Shown: positions 19,586 to 29,263 of the stretch, one piece after another
Numbering within the stretch: the stretch's first letter is position 1
Layout: every line of letters begins with the position of its first letter
Source of the DNA: Minisyncoccota bacterium
Lineage (GTDB): Bacteria; Patescibacteriota; Minisyncoccia; Phycocordibacterales; PALSA-1337
DNA length: 64,000 nucleotides
Direction of reading: 5' to 3'
Assembly: GCA_035495115.1 (NCBI GenBank)
Contig: DATJGJ010000010.1
Location: 2,407-66,406 of the forward strand
The notes under the pieces: generated by a model
The model's database searches: none
Told to the model about the DNA's origin: nothing
The model's input: the letters and a program-made list of their open reading frames with translations, nothing else
Position numbers and translations under genes: made by a program

Positions 19586-20002
19586 ATGACTACTCCTTCT
19601 ACAGAAGAGGAAGCCGCTATGGCTCTCATTGCCGAGAAGCGCAAGCTGATTGATGATGGCGATGCAATCATGGCTCAACGTATTTGCGTGCGGCACCAAC
19701 TCGTCCTTGAGATTGGTGTTATCAAGAAAAAATACAACATTGCTGTTCATGATCCAGAACGTGAGGCAAATCAAATGGCTGCACTTTGTGCTGTGGCCAA
19801 CGAACATAAAACGCCGTTGTCTATTTTATTGTTTCCATTCAAGCTTATTATTCTTATGTCCCGTCGTTCACAAGGGGAACAGAATAAAAGCAGGATTATT
19901 AATAAAATTTGCTGGAATTGTGGAATTAAGACTCCTGGTGTCGAAGATGAAGCAGGTGGAGGTTTCAGGATTTGTCTCGGTTGCCGAGCTCCACTTTTTT
20001 GA
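19586..20002 (+). CDS. AroQ-type chorismate mutase-like protein with C-terminal zinc ribbon
   Basis: RKLIDDGD...R...IGVIKKKYNIAVHDPERE; C-terminal CWNC...CLGC. Confidence 0.7.
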   Translation: MTTPSTEEEAAMALIAEKRKLIDDGDAIMAQRICVRHQLVLEIGVIKKKYNIAVHDPEREANQMAALCAVANEHKTPLSILLFPFKLIILMSRRSQGEQNKSRIINKICWNCGIKTPGVEDEAGGGFRICLGCRAPLF

Positions 20003-20070
20003 ATAATCTTAAACACAAAACGCAGCCTCAACTTGAGACTGCGTTTTTTATGTGCGCTATTTGTCAAACC

Positions 20071-20670
20071 TTATTTCTTCGCCCTCTTAAAGTTTTCTTC
20101 GATCACTGACCAGTTAAGGTTTGCGAAATAATCTTCCACGTACTGCTTCTTTCCTGATGGCTGGTAGTCTGCGACATATGAGTGTTCCCACATATCGATT
20201 GCGAGGATCATTTCACATCCGTTTAGTTGACCCAAATGTTGCTCGTCTATCCATGATGTAAGTAGACGGTCAGCTTTCTTGTCATACCAGAGTACCATCC
20301 AACCTATGCCACGGGTTGTAGATGCAACTGATTTGAATCCATTGAGAAATTCTTCAAATGGTCCACAGTCAGATTCGATAGCTTTTTTCAATTCGCCATT
20401 TTGATCGATATCTTTCGGTCCCCCTTCGAGAGAAGAAAAATAGACTTCATGATTTCGCATACCATTGTATTCAAAACTAAGTCTGCGTCTGAGCTCGCCC
20501 AATACATATGAATTTGCCTCACGATCCTTTTTGTATTCAAGACGTTTCTCCTCAATCAAGTTCAGGTTTTTTACATAGCCAAGATAGAGATTTATGTGCT
20601 CGCCGATTGTTTTTGCAGATATACCCTTGAGCGTAGGTATTTCAAATTTTTTTGCGGTGAATTGTTTCAT
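20071..20670 (-). CDS. Fe/Mn superoxide dismutase
   Basis: EHINLYLGYV, NHEVYF, GIGW, DMWEHSY metal ligands. Confidence 0.93.
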   Translation of the reverse strand: MKQFTAKKFEIPTLKGISAKTIGEHINLYLGYVKNLNLIEEKRLEYKKDREANSYVLGELRRRLSFEYNGMRNHEVYFSSLEGGPKDIDQNGELKKAIESDCGPFEEFLNGFKSVASTTRGIGWMVLWYDKKADRLLTSWIDEQHLGQLNGCEMILAIDMWEHSYVADYQPSGKKQYVEDYFANLNWSVIEENFKRAKK

Positions 20671-20795
20671 ATGAGTATTGTTTATTAATAATTTGGTTTC
20701 AAATTTAGCCCTATACTTATATTAGTTTACCACTTTTCATATGTACTTGAGAACTTTTTGATTGGTTCTTTATCTTGAACGTATATGATAGCTAG

Positions 20796-21698
20796 GTGAT
20801 TTTGTTTTCAAAAGTACGGCCTACATATATTTTTGTCAGCATAGCGATCATTATTATCGTTTGCACCTATGTATGGTCGATCAGCAAGGCGCCGTCGACG
20901 TTTGAGCTGTATGTTTTCAATACCAAAGGGAAACCCTCGATCTTTATCCGTACGCCCGAGGATGAAAGGATTCTCATCAACGGGGGCGCCAATGGCGATG
21001 TAGTCCGCTATCTGACCAAAACCATTCCTTTCTATTCGAGACGGATAGATGCAGTTATCCTTACAAAAGACGATGGCAATCATGTTACGGGACTCATCGA
21101 TATCATAAATAGATACACAGTCAGATCAGTTATTATTTCAACCCTACCGACGACGAAGTTGGAGTTGGCTAGTTCAACTGATCAGATTTATGCGACATTT
21201 ATGGATACGGCACATGCGCTTGGCATCCCAGTCAAAGAAGTTAGTGGAGGAGATGAATTACATTTCACTGGATTTACCGCGAACATGCTTTTTCCGACAA
21301 ATCCAAATCAAGCCAACCACTCAACAAGTTCAAAAGATTTTACTTATTCAAAAACATCGCCGCCCGAATTGGTTTTGAAAATATCCCACGGCGTAACTTC
21401 TTTTTTGTTGGCAGGGGATAGTAGTACAAAGATTCAAAAATTCCTCGCTCAAAATCGGTCGATAAATATCCAAGCGAATGTTTTAGTTGTTCCTCATAGT
21501 GCATCAGCAAGTTCACTTTCATTGGACTTTATAAATGCAGTTCGGCCAGAATTTATTATCTATTCACAATCTAGTGCTTCTTCAAAATCAAAAAAGACAG
21601 ATCCTCTTTATATGATACTTGATGACCGTCGTTTCAATGTGCAACAAAAAAACACCGTTAAGGTGCTTTCTGACGGAGAGTCCGTGGAGATTATTTGA
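20796..21698 (+). CDS. Stand-alone ComEC C-terminal metallo-beta-lactamase-fold protein, degenerate active site
   Basis: N-terminal TM, ILINGG, IPFYSRRIDAVILT, FLLAGD, DFINAVRPEFIIYS, VLSDGE. Confidence 0.78.
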   Translation: MILFSKVRPTYIFVSIAIIIIVCTYVWSISKAPSTFELYVFNTKGKPSIFIRTPEDERILINGGANGDVVRYLTKTIPFYSRRIDAVILTKDDGNHVTGLIDIINRYTVRSVIISTLPTTKLELASSTDQIYATFMDTAHALGIPVKEVSGGDELHFTGFTANMLFPTNPNQANHSTSSKDFTYSKTSPPELVLKISHGVTSFLLAGDSSTKIQKFLAQNRSINIQANVLVVPHSASASSLSLDFINAVRPEFIIYSQSSASSKSKKTDPLYMILDDRRFNVQQKNTVKVLSDGESVEII

Positions 21699-21936
21699 TG
21701 ATACCTGCGTCGCGGAGAGCTTTGAATGGACCTTTCTTTTGGATGGTGCGGAGACCGCGAGCTGAAACAACGAGAGGGAATGATCTCTTGAGTTCAGGAA
21801 CATAAATCTTCTTTTTCTGAAGATTTGGGTAACGGCGGATGTTGCCACAAGGGTTGAACTGAGTCGCACGAGTGCGGTTTGAGTATCGTCCCCCGACGAC
21901 TGATCCTACTTTAGTTATTGCACAGATTCTTGCCAT
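21691..21936 (-). CDS. rpmB: 50S ribosomal protein L28
   Basis: MARICAIT...RRYPNLQKKKIY...VSARGLRTI. Confidence 0.93.
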   Translation of the reverse strand: MARICAITKVGSVVGGRYSNRTRATQFNPCGNIRRYPNLQKKKIYVPELKRSFPLVVSARGLRTIQKKGPFKALRDAGIIK

Positions 21937-22005
21937 ATAAGTTAATGTCCGGACATCATAGCATTATTCCTATATTCTGCAAGTGCTGATACAATAGAGC
22001 CTCAC

Positions 22006-22617
22006 ATGATCACATTTATTTCAATCGTCATTCTTATATTCTCAGTCATTATCCATGAGGTCTCTCACGGTTATATGGCCAACTATCTCGGCGACCCGAC
22101 AGCCCGTTTGCAGGGAAGACTTACATTAAATCCACTTAAACATATTGATCCTATCGGTTCTATTGTAGTCCCACTTATTACTTCTATATCCGGTTTCACC
22201 TTTGGATGGGCAAAGCCTGTTCCATACAATCCATATAACCTCAAAAATCGACGAATCGGAGAGCTCCTGATTGCTATGGCAGGGCCCGCATCGAATATTT
22301 CAATTGCGCTCATATTCAGCCTGGTCATCCGTTATGCCGTTGGGCATTTTGCAGTCACGCCGGGGCTGAACTCATTTATCGAGGTAACGTCATATATAGT
22401 AGTCATCAATATCGTCTTGGCTATTTTCAATCTCATACCGCTCCCGCCGCTCGACGGATCGAAGCTCCTTTTTTCACTTTTGCCGAACAGCCTTTTCCGT
22501 GTCAGGAATATCCTTGAAGCTTATGCGCCTATCTGGGTGCTCATCGTCGTTATATTTGTTTGGCAGTTTATCTCGCCTATAGTGCCGTATGTCTTCAGAG
22601 TGTTTACAGGCCTTTAG
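22006..22617 (+). CDS. Site-2 protease (peptidase M50)
   Basis: HEVSH, GDPTA, AGPASN, FNLIPLPPLDG. Confidence 0.95.
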   Translation: MITFISIVILIFSVIIHEVSHGYMANYLGDPTARLQGRLTLNPLKHIDPIGSIVVPLITSISGFTFGWAKPVPYNPYNLKNRRIGELLIAMAGPASNISIALIFSLVIRYAVGHFAVTPGLNSFIEVTSYIVVINIVLAIFNLIPLPPLDGSKLLFSLLPNSLFRVRNILEAYAPIWVLIVVIFVWQFISPIVPYVFRVFTGL

Positions 22618-22786
22618 CGCTATGTTATAGTCCCTCCACTGTCTTTCGGGGCCTCAAAACCTCGAAGATCGGTACATTATTCAGGCAAGAATGAGTAATC
22701 GCCCAAGCCAATCCTCGCTTTCGTGAGGAAACTCAAGGCTTCAGCGGTGAAGAATTCAGGATTGCCACAATTTAATAAGCATATTA

Positions 22787-23206
22787 ATGCCTACAATTAA
22801 CCAGCTCACCAAGAGAGGTCGTGTTCAATTCAAGCGTAAGAGTAAGTCTATTGCACTCACTCGTACCTTCAATAGTATTGAAAACCGCCCATCATTTTAT
22901 CCAGCACCATTCAAACGCGGTGTATGTGTCAAAGTAACTACAAAGACACCAAAGAAGCCTAACTCAGCTATCCGCAAGATCGCTCGTGTTCGTCTTTCAA
23001 ATGGTATCGAAGTCACTGCATACGTTCCAGGCGAAGGTCATAACCTCCAGGAACACTCAGTGGTTCTCCTCCGTGGCGGTCGCGTCAAAGACGTCGGTCT
23101 CCGTTACTCAGTCGTTCGTGGCGTGCTCGATGCAGCAGGCGTAGAAAAGCGTCGTAAAGGTCGCAGCCAATATGGTAACAAGAAGCCAAAGGCAGCAAAG
23201 GCTTAG
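22787..23206 (+). CDS. rpsL: 30S ribosomal protein S12
   Basis: [25 protein letters not shown]. Confidence 0.98.
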   Translation: MPTINQLTKRGRVQFKRKSKSIALTRTFNSIENRPSFYPAPFKRGVCVKVTTKTPKKPNSAIRKIARVRLSNGIEVTAYVPGEGHNLQEHSVVLLRGGRVKDVGLRYSVVRGVLDAAGVEKRRKGRSQYGNKKPKAAKA

Positions 23207-23236
23207 TTCCATCTACTATTTAATTAATCTACTACT

Positions 23237-23707
23237 ATGCGAAGAAAGAAAAATATAAAGCGCGACCTTAGACCTGATGCGCAGTTTGATTCTCTCAAGG
23301 TTTCAAAGCTCATCAACTACGTCATGCAAGAAGGTAAGAAAAACACAGCACGTACTATCGTTTACGATTGTATGAATGCTATCAAGGATCAGGCTAAAGT
23401 AGAGAACCCTATCGAAGTCTTCGAATTGGCTCTCAAAAATACGACTCCAGCTATGGAAGTTCGTTCACGCCGTGTCGGTGGTGCCAACTATCAGGTTCCT
23501 CGCGAAGTCCGTCCAGAGCGTAAGAACGCTCTCTCTATGAAATGGATCGTCGAAGCAGCTCGCGGCAAGAAGGGAAAGCCTATGCACCTCAAGCTCGCTG
23601 ATGAGATTATCGCCGCTTCAAAGAATGAAGGTGAAGCAGTCAAGAAGCGTGAGAACGTCCACAAGATGGCTGAAGCTAACAAGGCTTTTGCTCACTTTGC
23701 GTGGTAA
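23237..23707 (+). CDS. rpsG: 30S ribosomal protein S7
   Basis: RRVGGANYQVP, HKMAEANKAFAHF. Confidence 0.98.
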   Translation: MRRKKNIKRDLRPDAQFDSLKVSKLINYVMQEGKKNTARTIVYDCMNAIKDQAKVENPIEVFELALKNTTPAMEVRSRRVGGANYQVPREVRPERKNALSMKWIVEAARGKKGKPMHLKLADEIIAASKNEGEAVKKRENVHKMAEANKAFAHFAW

Positions 23708-23734
23708 GTTCGAACGATTTAAATCTGTTTTAGG

Positions 23735-23775
23735 AAAAAAAGAAACCGAGGCATCCTGCGATGTCTCGGTTTTTT
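23735..23775. terminator. Bidirectional terminator after rpsG
   Basis: AAACCGAGGCATC-CTGC-GATGTCTCGGTTTTTT with upstream A-run. Confidence 0.8.
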
Positions 23776-23789
23776 GGTGCTGTGCTTCA

Positions 23790-24113
23790 CTAAGCGGCGA
23801 CAAAGTATGGCTTGAAAGCGGGGTGTTGTTCCTGAAGCCAGTGACAGAGGCTCTGGAGTGCCCAGAGTGATTTTTCGCCGAGGGGCGTATCTCGCGATAT
23901 GGTCTTGAACTGCTCTCCCCCGATGAGGACAATGTCGTTCTCGGTGCACATGATCTCGGAGATTTCCGTGACTTGCTGTATGCCCGATGCGTAGATACAC
24001 TCTGGTATCCGGCCTTCATTCTTGAGGAATTGCAGGATTCGAGCGACCGTCATTATATCTTCGTAGGTCATCTTCGGCACCTCGGTCGCTGTTTGACTAT
24101 TAGTCGCACTCAT
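23790..24113 (-). CDS. Hypothetical protein (stand-alone cassette)
   Basis: 107 aa; AAGGAG SD; TTGATT-17-TATACT promoter near 24164-24192. Confidence 0.65.
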   Translation of the reverse strand: MSATNSQTATEVPKMTYEDIMTVARILQFLKNEGRIPECIYASGIQQVTEISEIMCTENDIVLIGGEQFKTISRDTPLGEKSLWALQSLCHWLQEQHPAFKPYFVAA

Positions 24114-24414
24114 ATATTAGGCTCCTTTCTTGAGTTTGGTTGATGGTGTGCTACTTTGAAATGAGTATATCATATTAAAACATAAAAATCAATGAGTGTC
24201 TATTTACGAACGCATAGGTTCATACTCTTGAGAGGGAACAAAAAGAGCAGGGGAAGGATATTGAGGCTATCTATATTGCTGTGAGCAAGCTTTTAAAGTA
24301 GAAAGATAAGCTGACAAGTGTGGTTGGGTTTGTGGCTTAAAGTTATTAACTTTTAGTAAATTGCCAGTTTACAATAGTAGTGTTACTTTTGAGATATTGG
24401 GCTAGTTAAACAAC

Positions 24415-25239
24415 GTGAAAAAATATCCATTTATAATATTTTTAGCATTTCTTATACCAACTACAACTTATGCAGTTTGGTATAATCCTGCAACATGGTT
24501 TTCTAATAGTAATCCTGACAACAATGAACTCCTGCAGAGAGTGGCTGATCTCGAAAAGAAACTGTCTGATAAAGCCGATGTTACCCCAAATGTTTCAATG
24601 GAAGTTAAGAATAGTAATAATACAAGTACAACTACTATTAGTGAAAATAGTAAGATGACATCTTTAAAAGCAGAAGTTTCATTACTAGAAAATAAATTAA
24701 ATGATTTGCAAGTCAAATATAATATATGTTCGAATCAGATAATGAAAAATGGCTCAATAAACAAAGCTGTTCCAGTGGCAGTTTCTACAGATTCAAACAT
24801 CGTTCAACTGAACAAACCTTATGATTACAAAAATTATCCAGAAATTAACATCAAGGATTATGTTAAAAGTCCGCTAAAATGGATGGGTTGGGGTGTTGAT
24901 GTTATAACAGTGAACATTGTTGATTTTATTGCTGCTGGCAATTTAGAACAGCATAACTACTTGCTGATTTCTGATGCAACGAGTGATTCTGTTATCCCTG
25001 AAAAGATGATTGTTGAAGTTGATGATCAAACAGATTGGGATAATATAACAGCTCTCAAGAAGGGTGCATTAGTAAGTGTATACGGAATAGGTGCTTCAAG
25101 TCAGAAATTTAAGATAGGCGTATCTGACTCAGACAGTACTTATTATCCAGTTATTAAGCTACAAATGCTCAGCAAGTGTACTCTTGGTGGAAACTGCGGA
25201 GCTGATTCAACTGTTTGGGTTACGGGTAGGTTTCATTAA
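24415..25239 (+). CDS. Secreted protein with coiled coil and possible OB-fold C-terminus; AT-rich
   Basis: Signal peptide then AVWYNPATWF; visibly lower GC than the flanks; TTGCCA-17-TACTTT upstream. Confidence 0.75.
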   Translation: MKKYPFIIFLAFLIPTTTYAVWYNPATWFSNSNPDNNELLQRVADLEKKLSDKADVTPNVSMEVKNSNNTSTTTISENSKMTSLKAEVSLLENKLNDLQVKYNICSNQIMKNGSINKAVPVAVSTDSNIVQLNKPYDYKNYPEINIKDYVKSPLKWMGWGVDVITVNIVDFIAAGNLEQHNYLLISDATSDSVIPEKMIVEVDDQTDWDNITALKKGALVSVYGIGASSQKFKIGVSDSDSTYYPVIKLQMLSKCTLGGNCGADSTVWVTGRFH

Positions 25240-25368
25240 TTTAATTTGCCAATTTCCATCATTTCCTGTACATTATCCCTTACTAAAGGCGACTCGCTTT
25301 TTTAATTTATCATCAATTTTTGAGCCACATTTATCATAAACGGCATCAAATTTTAAGAAAACAACACC

Positions 25369-27534
25369 ATGCAACGCGATTACCCACTTGAGAGAATGCG
25401 AAACTTTGGAATCATCGCTCACATCGATGCCGGCAAGACGACGACATCAGAGCGTATCCTCTATTACACCGGTATGATCCACAAGATCGGTGAAGTTCAC
25501 GAAGGTGAAACAACCACTGACTGGATGGAACAGGAGCGTGAACGCGGCATCACTATCACAGCTGCTGCCATCACGTGTTTCTGGAACCCAACCTATATGC
25601 GCGGACTCAAAGGCGCAGATGGCAAAGATGATGTTTCAAAGAAAGTTCGTTTCAACATCATCGATACACCAGGACACATCGACTTTACGGTAGAAGTGAA
25701 GCGTTCTCTTCGTGTGCTCGACGGCGCAGTCGTAGTTTTCGACGGTGTGGCAGGTGTTGAGCCACAGTCTGAGACAAACTGGCGCTATGCCGATGAAGCT
25801 AATGTTCCACGCCTCTGTTTCATCAACAAAATGGACCGTATGGGCGCATCATTTGAAAAGTCATTCAAGTCGATTCTCGATCGATTGAATAAAAACGCCG
25901 TTCGCTTCCAGCTTCCGATCGGAACAGAGGCAGATCACCATGGCGTTGTCGACCTCCTCCGAATGAAGGCATACACCTTCTCAGGTGAAAAGGGTATCGA
26001 TATCATCGAAAGCGAAGTTCCAGCTGATATGCTCGAAGAGGCAAAGAAGTATCGTGCTGAGATGATAGAAAAGGTCGTCGAAACAGATGATGTTGCTATG
26101 CAGAACTTCCTCGATGGAAAGGAAATTTCAATCGATGAATTCAAGAAAGTCTGTCGCAAGGCTGTCATCGCCAACAAGATCTTCCCAGTCTTCACGGGTT
26201 CAGCTCTCAAGAACGTCGGTGTCCAGCTTGTGCTTGACGCAGTCGTCGACTATCTCCCATCACCACTTGATATGCCAGCTATCAAAGGCATCGATCCAAA
26301 CACAGGTGCAGAGATCGAGCGTCATGCATCAGACGCTGAGCCTTTCTCAGCTCTCGCATTCAAACTCCAGAACGATCCATTCGTCGGTGCTCTGACCTTC
26401 TTCCGTGTGTACTCAGGTACTATCGAAGCGGGCACATATATCTACAATGCATCAACTGGCAAGAAAGAGCGCCTCGGCCGCATCGTTCGTCTTCAAGCTG
26501 ACAAGCGCGAAGAAGTAAAGAAAGTTTTTGCTGGCGAAATCGCAGCCGCTGTCGGTCTCAAGGATGCGCTTACCTCACACACGTTCTGTGATGAAGACAA
26601 GCCTATCATCCTCGAAAAGATCAAATTCATGGAACCGGTTATCTCTCTCCGTATCGAACCAAAGACAAAGGCCGATCAAGAGAAAATGGGTCTTGCGCTC
26701 CGCAAGCTCGGTAATGAAGATCCAACATTCCGTGTTTCTAGTAACCAAGAGACAGGTGAGACGATCATCTCAGGTATGGGAGAACTCCACCTTGAAATCA
26801 TGGTTGATCGTATGAAGCGCGAGTTCACTGTCGAGGCCAATGTTGGTAAGCCACAAGTGGCATATCGCGAAACAATCCTTGGTTCTGCTGAAGCTGAACA
26901 TAAGTACGTCAAGCAGACCGGTGGTAAGGGTCAGTATGGTCACGTCAAACTCAACATCAAGCCTATGCAGCCATGGCCAGAAGGCGAGAAAGTTCCAAAG
27001 AACGTCAGTAACTATGATGACTTCCGTTTCATCAACTCTATCACTGGCGGTGCTATCCCAGGCGAATTCATCCCTGCAGTAGAAAAGGGTGTTCATGAAG
27101 CTATGGATCGCGGTATCCTTGCTGGTTTCAAGCTCGTTAACATCGAGTGTGAATTGACCTACGGTTCATACCACGACGTCGACTCGTCAGAAATCGCCTA
27201 CAAGATCGCTGCTTCACAAGCATTCCAGGATGCATGTAAGCGCGCAAAGCCAGTTATCCTCGAACCTATTATGAAGCTCGAAGTCGTCTGTCCAGAAAAA
27301 TATATGGGTGACGTCATCGGCTCTATCTCATCGAAGCGTGGTCTTATCGAAGGTTCAGAGCCAAAGGGTCAGAACCTCGCTATCCATGCCAAAGTTCCAT
27401 TGTCAGAAATGTTCGGTTATACCACTGATCTTCGTTCTATGACTTCAGGTCAAGGAAGTGCTCAGATGGAATTCGATCACTATGATGTGGTTCCAAAGAA
27501 CGTTGAGACCGAGATCATCGAGAAGAAAAAATAA
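25369..27534 (+). CDS. fusA: Elongation factor G
   Basis: [41 protein letters not shown]. Confidence 0.98.
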   Translation: MQRDYPLERMRNFGIIAHIDAGKTTTSERILYYTGMIHKIGEVHEGETTTDWMEQERERGITITAAAITCFWNPTYMRGLKGADGKDDVSKKVRFNIIDTPGHIDFTVEVKRSLRVLDGAVVVFDGVAGVEPQSETNWRYADEANVPRLCFINKMDRMGASFEKSFKSILDRLNKNAVRFQLPIGTEADHHGVVDLLRMKAYTFSGEKGIDIIESEVPADMLEEAKKYRAEMIEKVVETDDVAMQNFLDGKEISIDEFKKVCRKAVIANKIFPVFTGSALKNVGVQLVLDAVVDYLPSPLDMPAIKGIDPNTGAEIERHASDAEPFSALAFKLQNDPFVGALTFFRVYSGTIEAGTYIYNASTGKKERLGRIVRLQADKREEVKKVFAGEIAAAVGLKDALTSHTFCDEDKPIILEKIKFMEPVISLRIEPKTKADQEKMGLALRKLGNEDPTFRVSSNQETGETIISGMGELHLEIMVDRMKREFTVEANVGKPQVAYRETILGSAEAEHKYVKQTGGKGQYGHVKLNIKPMQPWPEGEKVPKNVSNYDDFRFINSITGGAIPGEFIPAVEKGVHEAMDRGILAGFKLVNIECELTYGSYHDVDSSEIAYKIAASQAFQDACKRAKPVILEPIMKLEVVCPEKYMGDVIGSISSKRGLIEGSEPKGQNLAIHAKVPLSEMFGYTTDLRSMTSGQGSAQMEFDHYDVVPKNVETEIIEKKK

Positions 27535-27572
27535 TTGAAATAGAAAACCGGTCTCATGGCCGGTTTTTTATT

Positions 27573-27655
27573 TGTGGATAACTTAGTTTGCGTGAAGCTA
27601 TAATCGCGCTATACTGTTCCCAACTACCCAAGCACGTGTCGAAAGACACGTGCTT
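27573..27655 (+). promoter_or_regulatory. DnaA box, sigma70 promoter and leader hairpin (copy A)
   Basis: TGTGGATAA (reverse complement of TTATCCACA), TTGCGT-16-TATACT, perfect hairpin AAGCACGTGTC-GAAA-GACACGTGCTT. Confidence 0.65.
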
Positions 27656-27687
27656 GTCTCGTTATTAATTAATTAAAGCAAATTATC

Positions 27688-28230
27688 ATGACCATGTTCG
27701 GCAAAAACTTAAAATACATTCTCATTCTTGCGGCTCTGGCGATCCTCACTTTCACGAACCGCGCAGTGCTCGATGCTATATCAAGTGGCATGGCATATAC
27801 ACAAGAACAAGCTGCTGTCGGAGATATCTTCGGACACGCTCGTCCAGGATTTAGTTTTAGAGATTTATTCAGGGTAGAGGTTCGAGACAGCAGAGTATCT
27901 AGTTCATTGATGATGAGAGGCTTTGCGAGCACGACACGACCGATGATGTATGCCACATCGACGCGTCCTCTAGGCGACAAGCCAGAAGGAAAAGAGCAGG
28001 ATCGCCGCCTGACTCCTGAACAAGTCATCACTATTCTTTTTAAAGCGGGGATCATTCCACAAAATAAACTTGATCAAGCACGAAGGATTATCAATGGGGC
28101 ACACATGAGCTCCACCACAATGGGTATGGTGATTCGCGAAGAAGTCGAAGATAAAATAGGTACGAGTACGCGCATGATGCCGCCTCCACCACCATTACCA
28201 CCTGAAGGGTCAACAACTATTCCGTTATAA
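27688..28230 (+). CDS. Hypothetical secreted/membrane protein
   Basis: N-terminal hydrophobic segment, ASTTRP/STT repeats, LFKAGIIP...KLDQAR, poly-Pro tail. Confidence 0.7.
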   Translation: MTMFGKNLKYILILAALAILTFTNRAVLDAISSGMAYTQEQAAVGDIFGHARPGFSFRDLFRVEVRDSRVSSSLMMRGFASTTRPMMYATSTRPLGDKPEGKEQDRRLTPEQVITILFKAGIIPQNKLDQARRIINGAHMSSTTMGMVIREEVEDKIGTSTRMMPPPPPLPPEGSTTIPL

Positions 28231-28273
28231 CAATATATAACGCAACAATAAAACTCCGAATACGTGCGGAGTT

Positions 28274-29077
28274 TTATTGTCTCGGAAATTCATTGATGAG
28301 CTCATTCGAATAGTAAAACCTGCCAGCCAAATCTCCAAAGCTATATGTAGTTGAACCGAGAGTGATGGCTGCGCCACCGCTTTCCGGATTCTGATGTGGA
28401 TGCGAATTTTGGAAACCGATATTAAAGAGCGTTGCAAGTATCTCTGGTCTGTCAGATATATCGACGCCAGCTTTATCCCATTGCGATATCAGTTCTTTGA
28501 GCGCACATGCGCCATACAGATATGAATAGTATCGGTCATGTTCATCAGTCAATCGGGCAAATCGCTCGGCATCTTTGTCTGTCGTAGTAGCAGGGTAGTC
28601 GAGGGTGTGCGCTGAAACATTTCCAATATACCAAGGCGAAGCAGTGTCAGTGAGGTTGTTCTCAATCTGTATAGCTGTATCTTGTTTGATACCCATTACA
28701 CCCCATGAGAATTGAGATTGTGTGCCAAGGATTTTGAGTGGAGCAAAGACAGATTTGAATATTTCACGGTCAGAATGAAAAAGACGCAGCTGTTCTACGA
28801 TGAGAGTGGAAACGATAAACCGGGGAGGTATACCAACGACAGCTGCCGCCCGATTGATGGTAGGAACATCTTTGAGAATAGCTTCCTTCAATACGTTCCA
28901 CTCCTCTTCATTCTGCCAAGCATCAAGAGTGCTCGTAGCATTTTTGAAATAATCATGTTGTCTATCGATGATACCGGATGTTTTGGTTAGGCCGAGCTCA
29001 ACTGCACCATATACGGTAACAAGGAGAAAGCCGATAATGGCAAATATATAGATGATGACAGAGAATGCTCGTTTCAT
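28274..29077 (-). CDS. Membrane-anchored lysozyme/transglycosylase-like protein
   Basis: TM; IVEQ (candidate catalytic Glu), SWGVMGIKQDTA and LATLFNIG resemble the three lysozyme-superfamily motifs. Confidence 0.6.
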   Translation of the reverse strand: MKRAFSVIIYIFAIIGFLLVTVYGAVELGLTKTSGIIDRQHDYFKNATSTLDAWQNEEEWNVLKEAILKDVPTINRAAAVVGIPPRFIVSTLIVEQLRLFHSDREIFKSVFAPLKILGTQSQFSWGVMGIKQDTAIQIENNLTDTASPWYIGNVSAHTLDYPATTTDKDAERFARLTDEHDRYYSYLYGACALKELISQWDKAGVDISDRPEILATLFNIGFQNSHPHQNPESGGAAITLGSTTYSFGDLAGRFYYSNELINEFPRQ

Positions 29078-29114
29078 GTGTTGATTAGCCACACTATATC
29101 ACAGGGTATTTGTT

Positions 29115-29200
29115 TGTGGATAACTTCGCTTGGCATTTCTGAGAATAGAGATATAATTATCTCACTACCTAAGACGTGTCATCACTGGCAGGTCTTTTTC
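29115..29200 (+). promoter_or_regulatory. DnaA box, sigma70 promoter and leader hairpin (copy B)
   Basis: TGTGGATAA, TTGGCA-16-TATAAT, hairpin AAGACGTGTCA-TCAC-TGGCAGGTCTT followed by a T-run. Confidence 0.6.
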
Positions 29201-29263
29201 TATTTTACTTATTCGAAACAAGTGAATAGAAACTTAATCAATTAATATAGGTTATTGTTCTTT

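Noticed and set aside
24210-24245. Degenerate tRNA 3'-half (GGTTCATACTC...GGGAACA) as an att scar
   Set aside because: T-loop consensus is broken and there is no cloverleaf; too weak to call.
27573-29123. oriC suggested by DnaA boxes
   Set aside because: Only two isolated boxes 1.5 kb apart, each tied to a promoter; no box cluster, DUE or dnaA gene.
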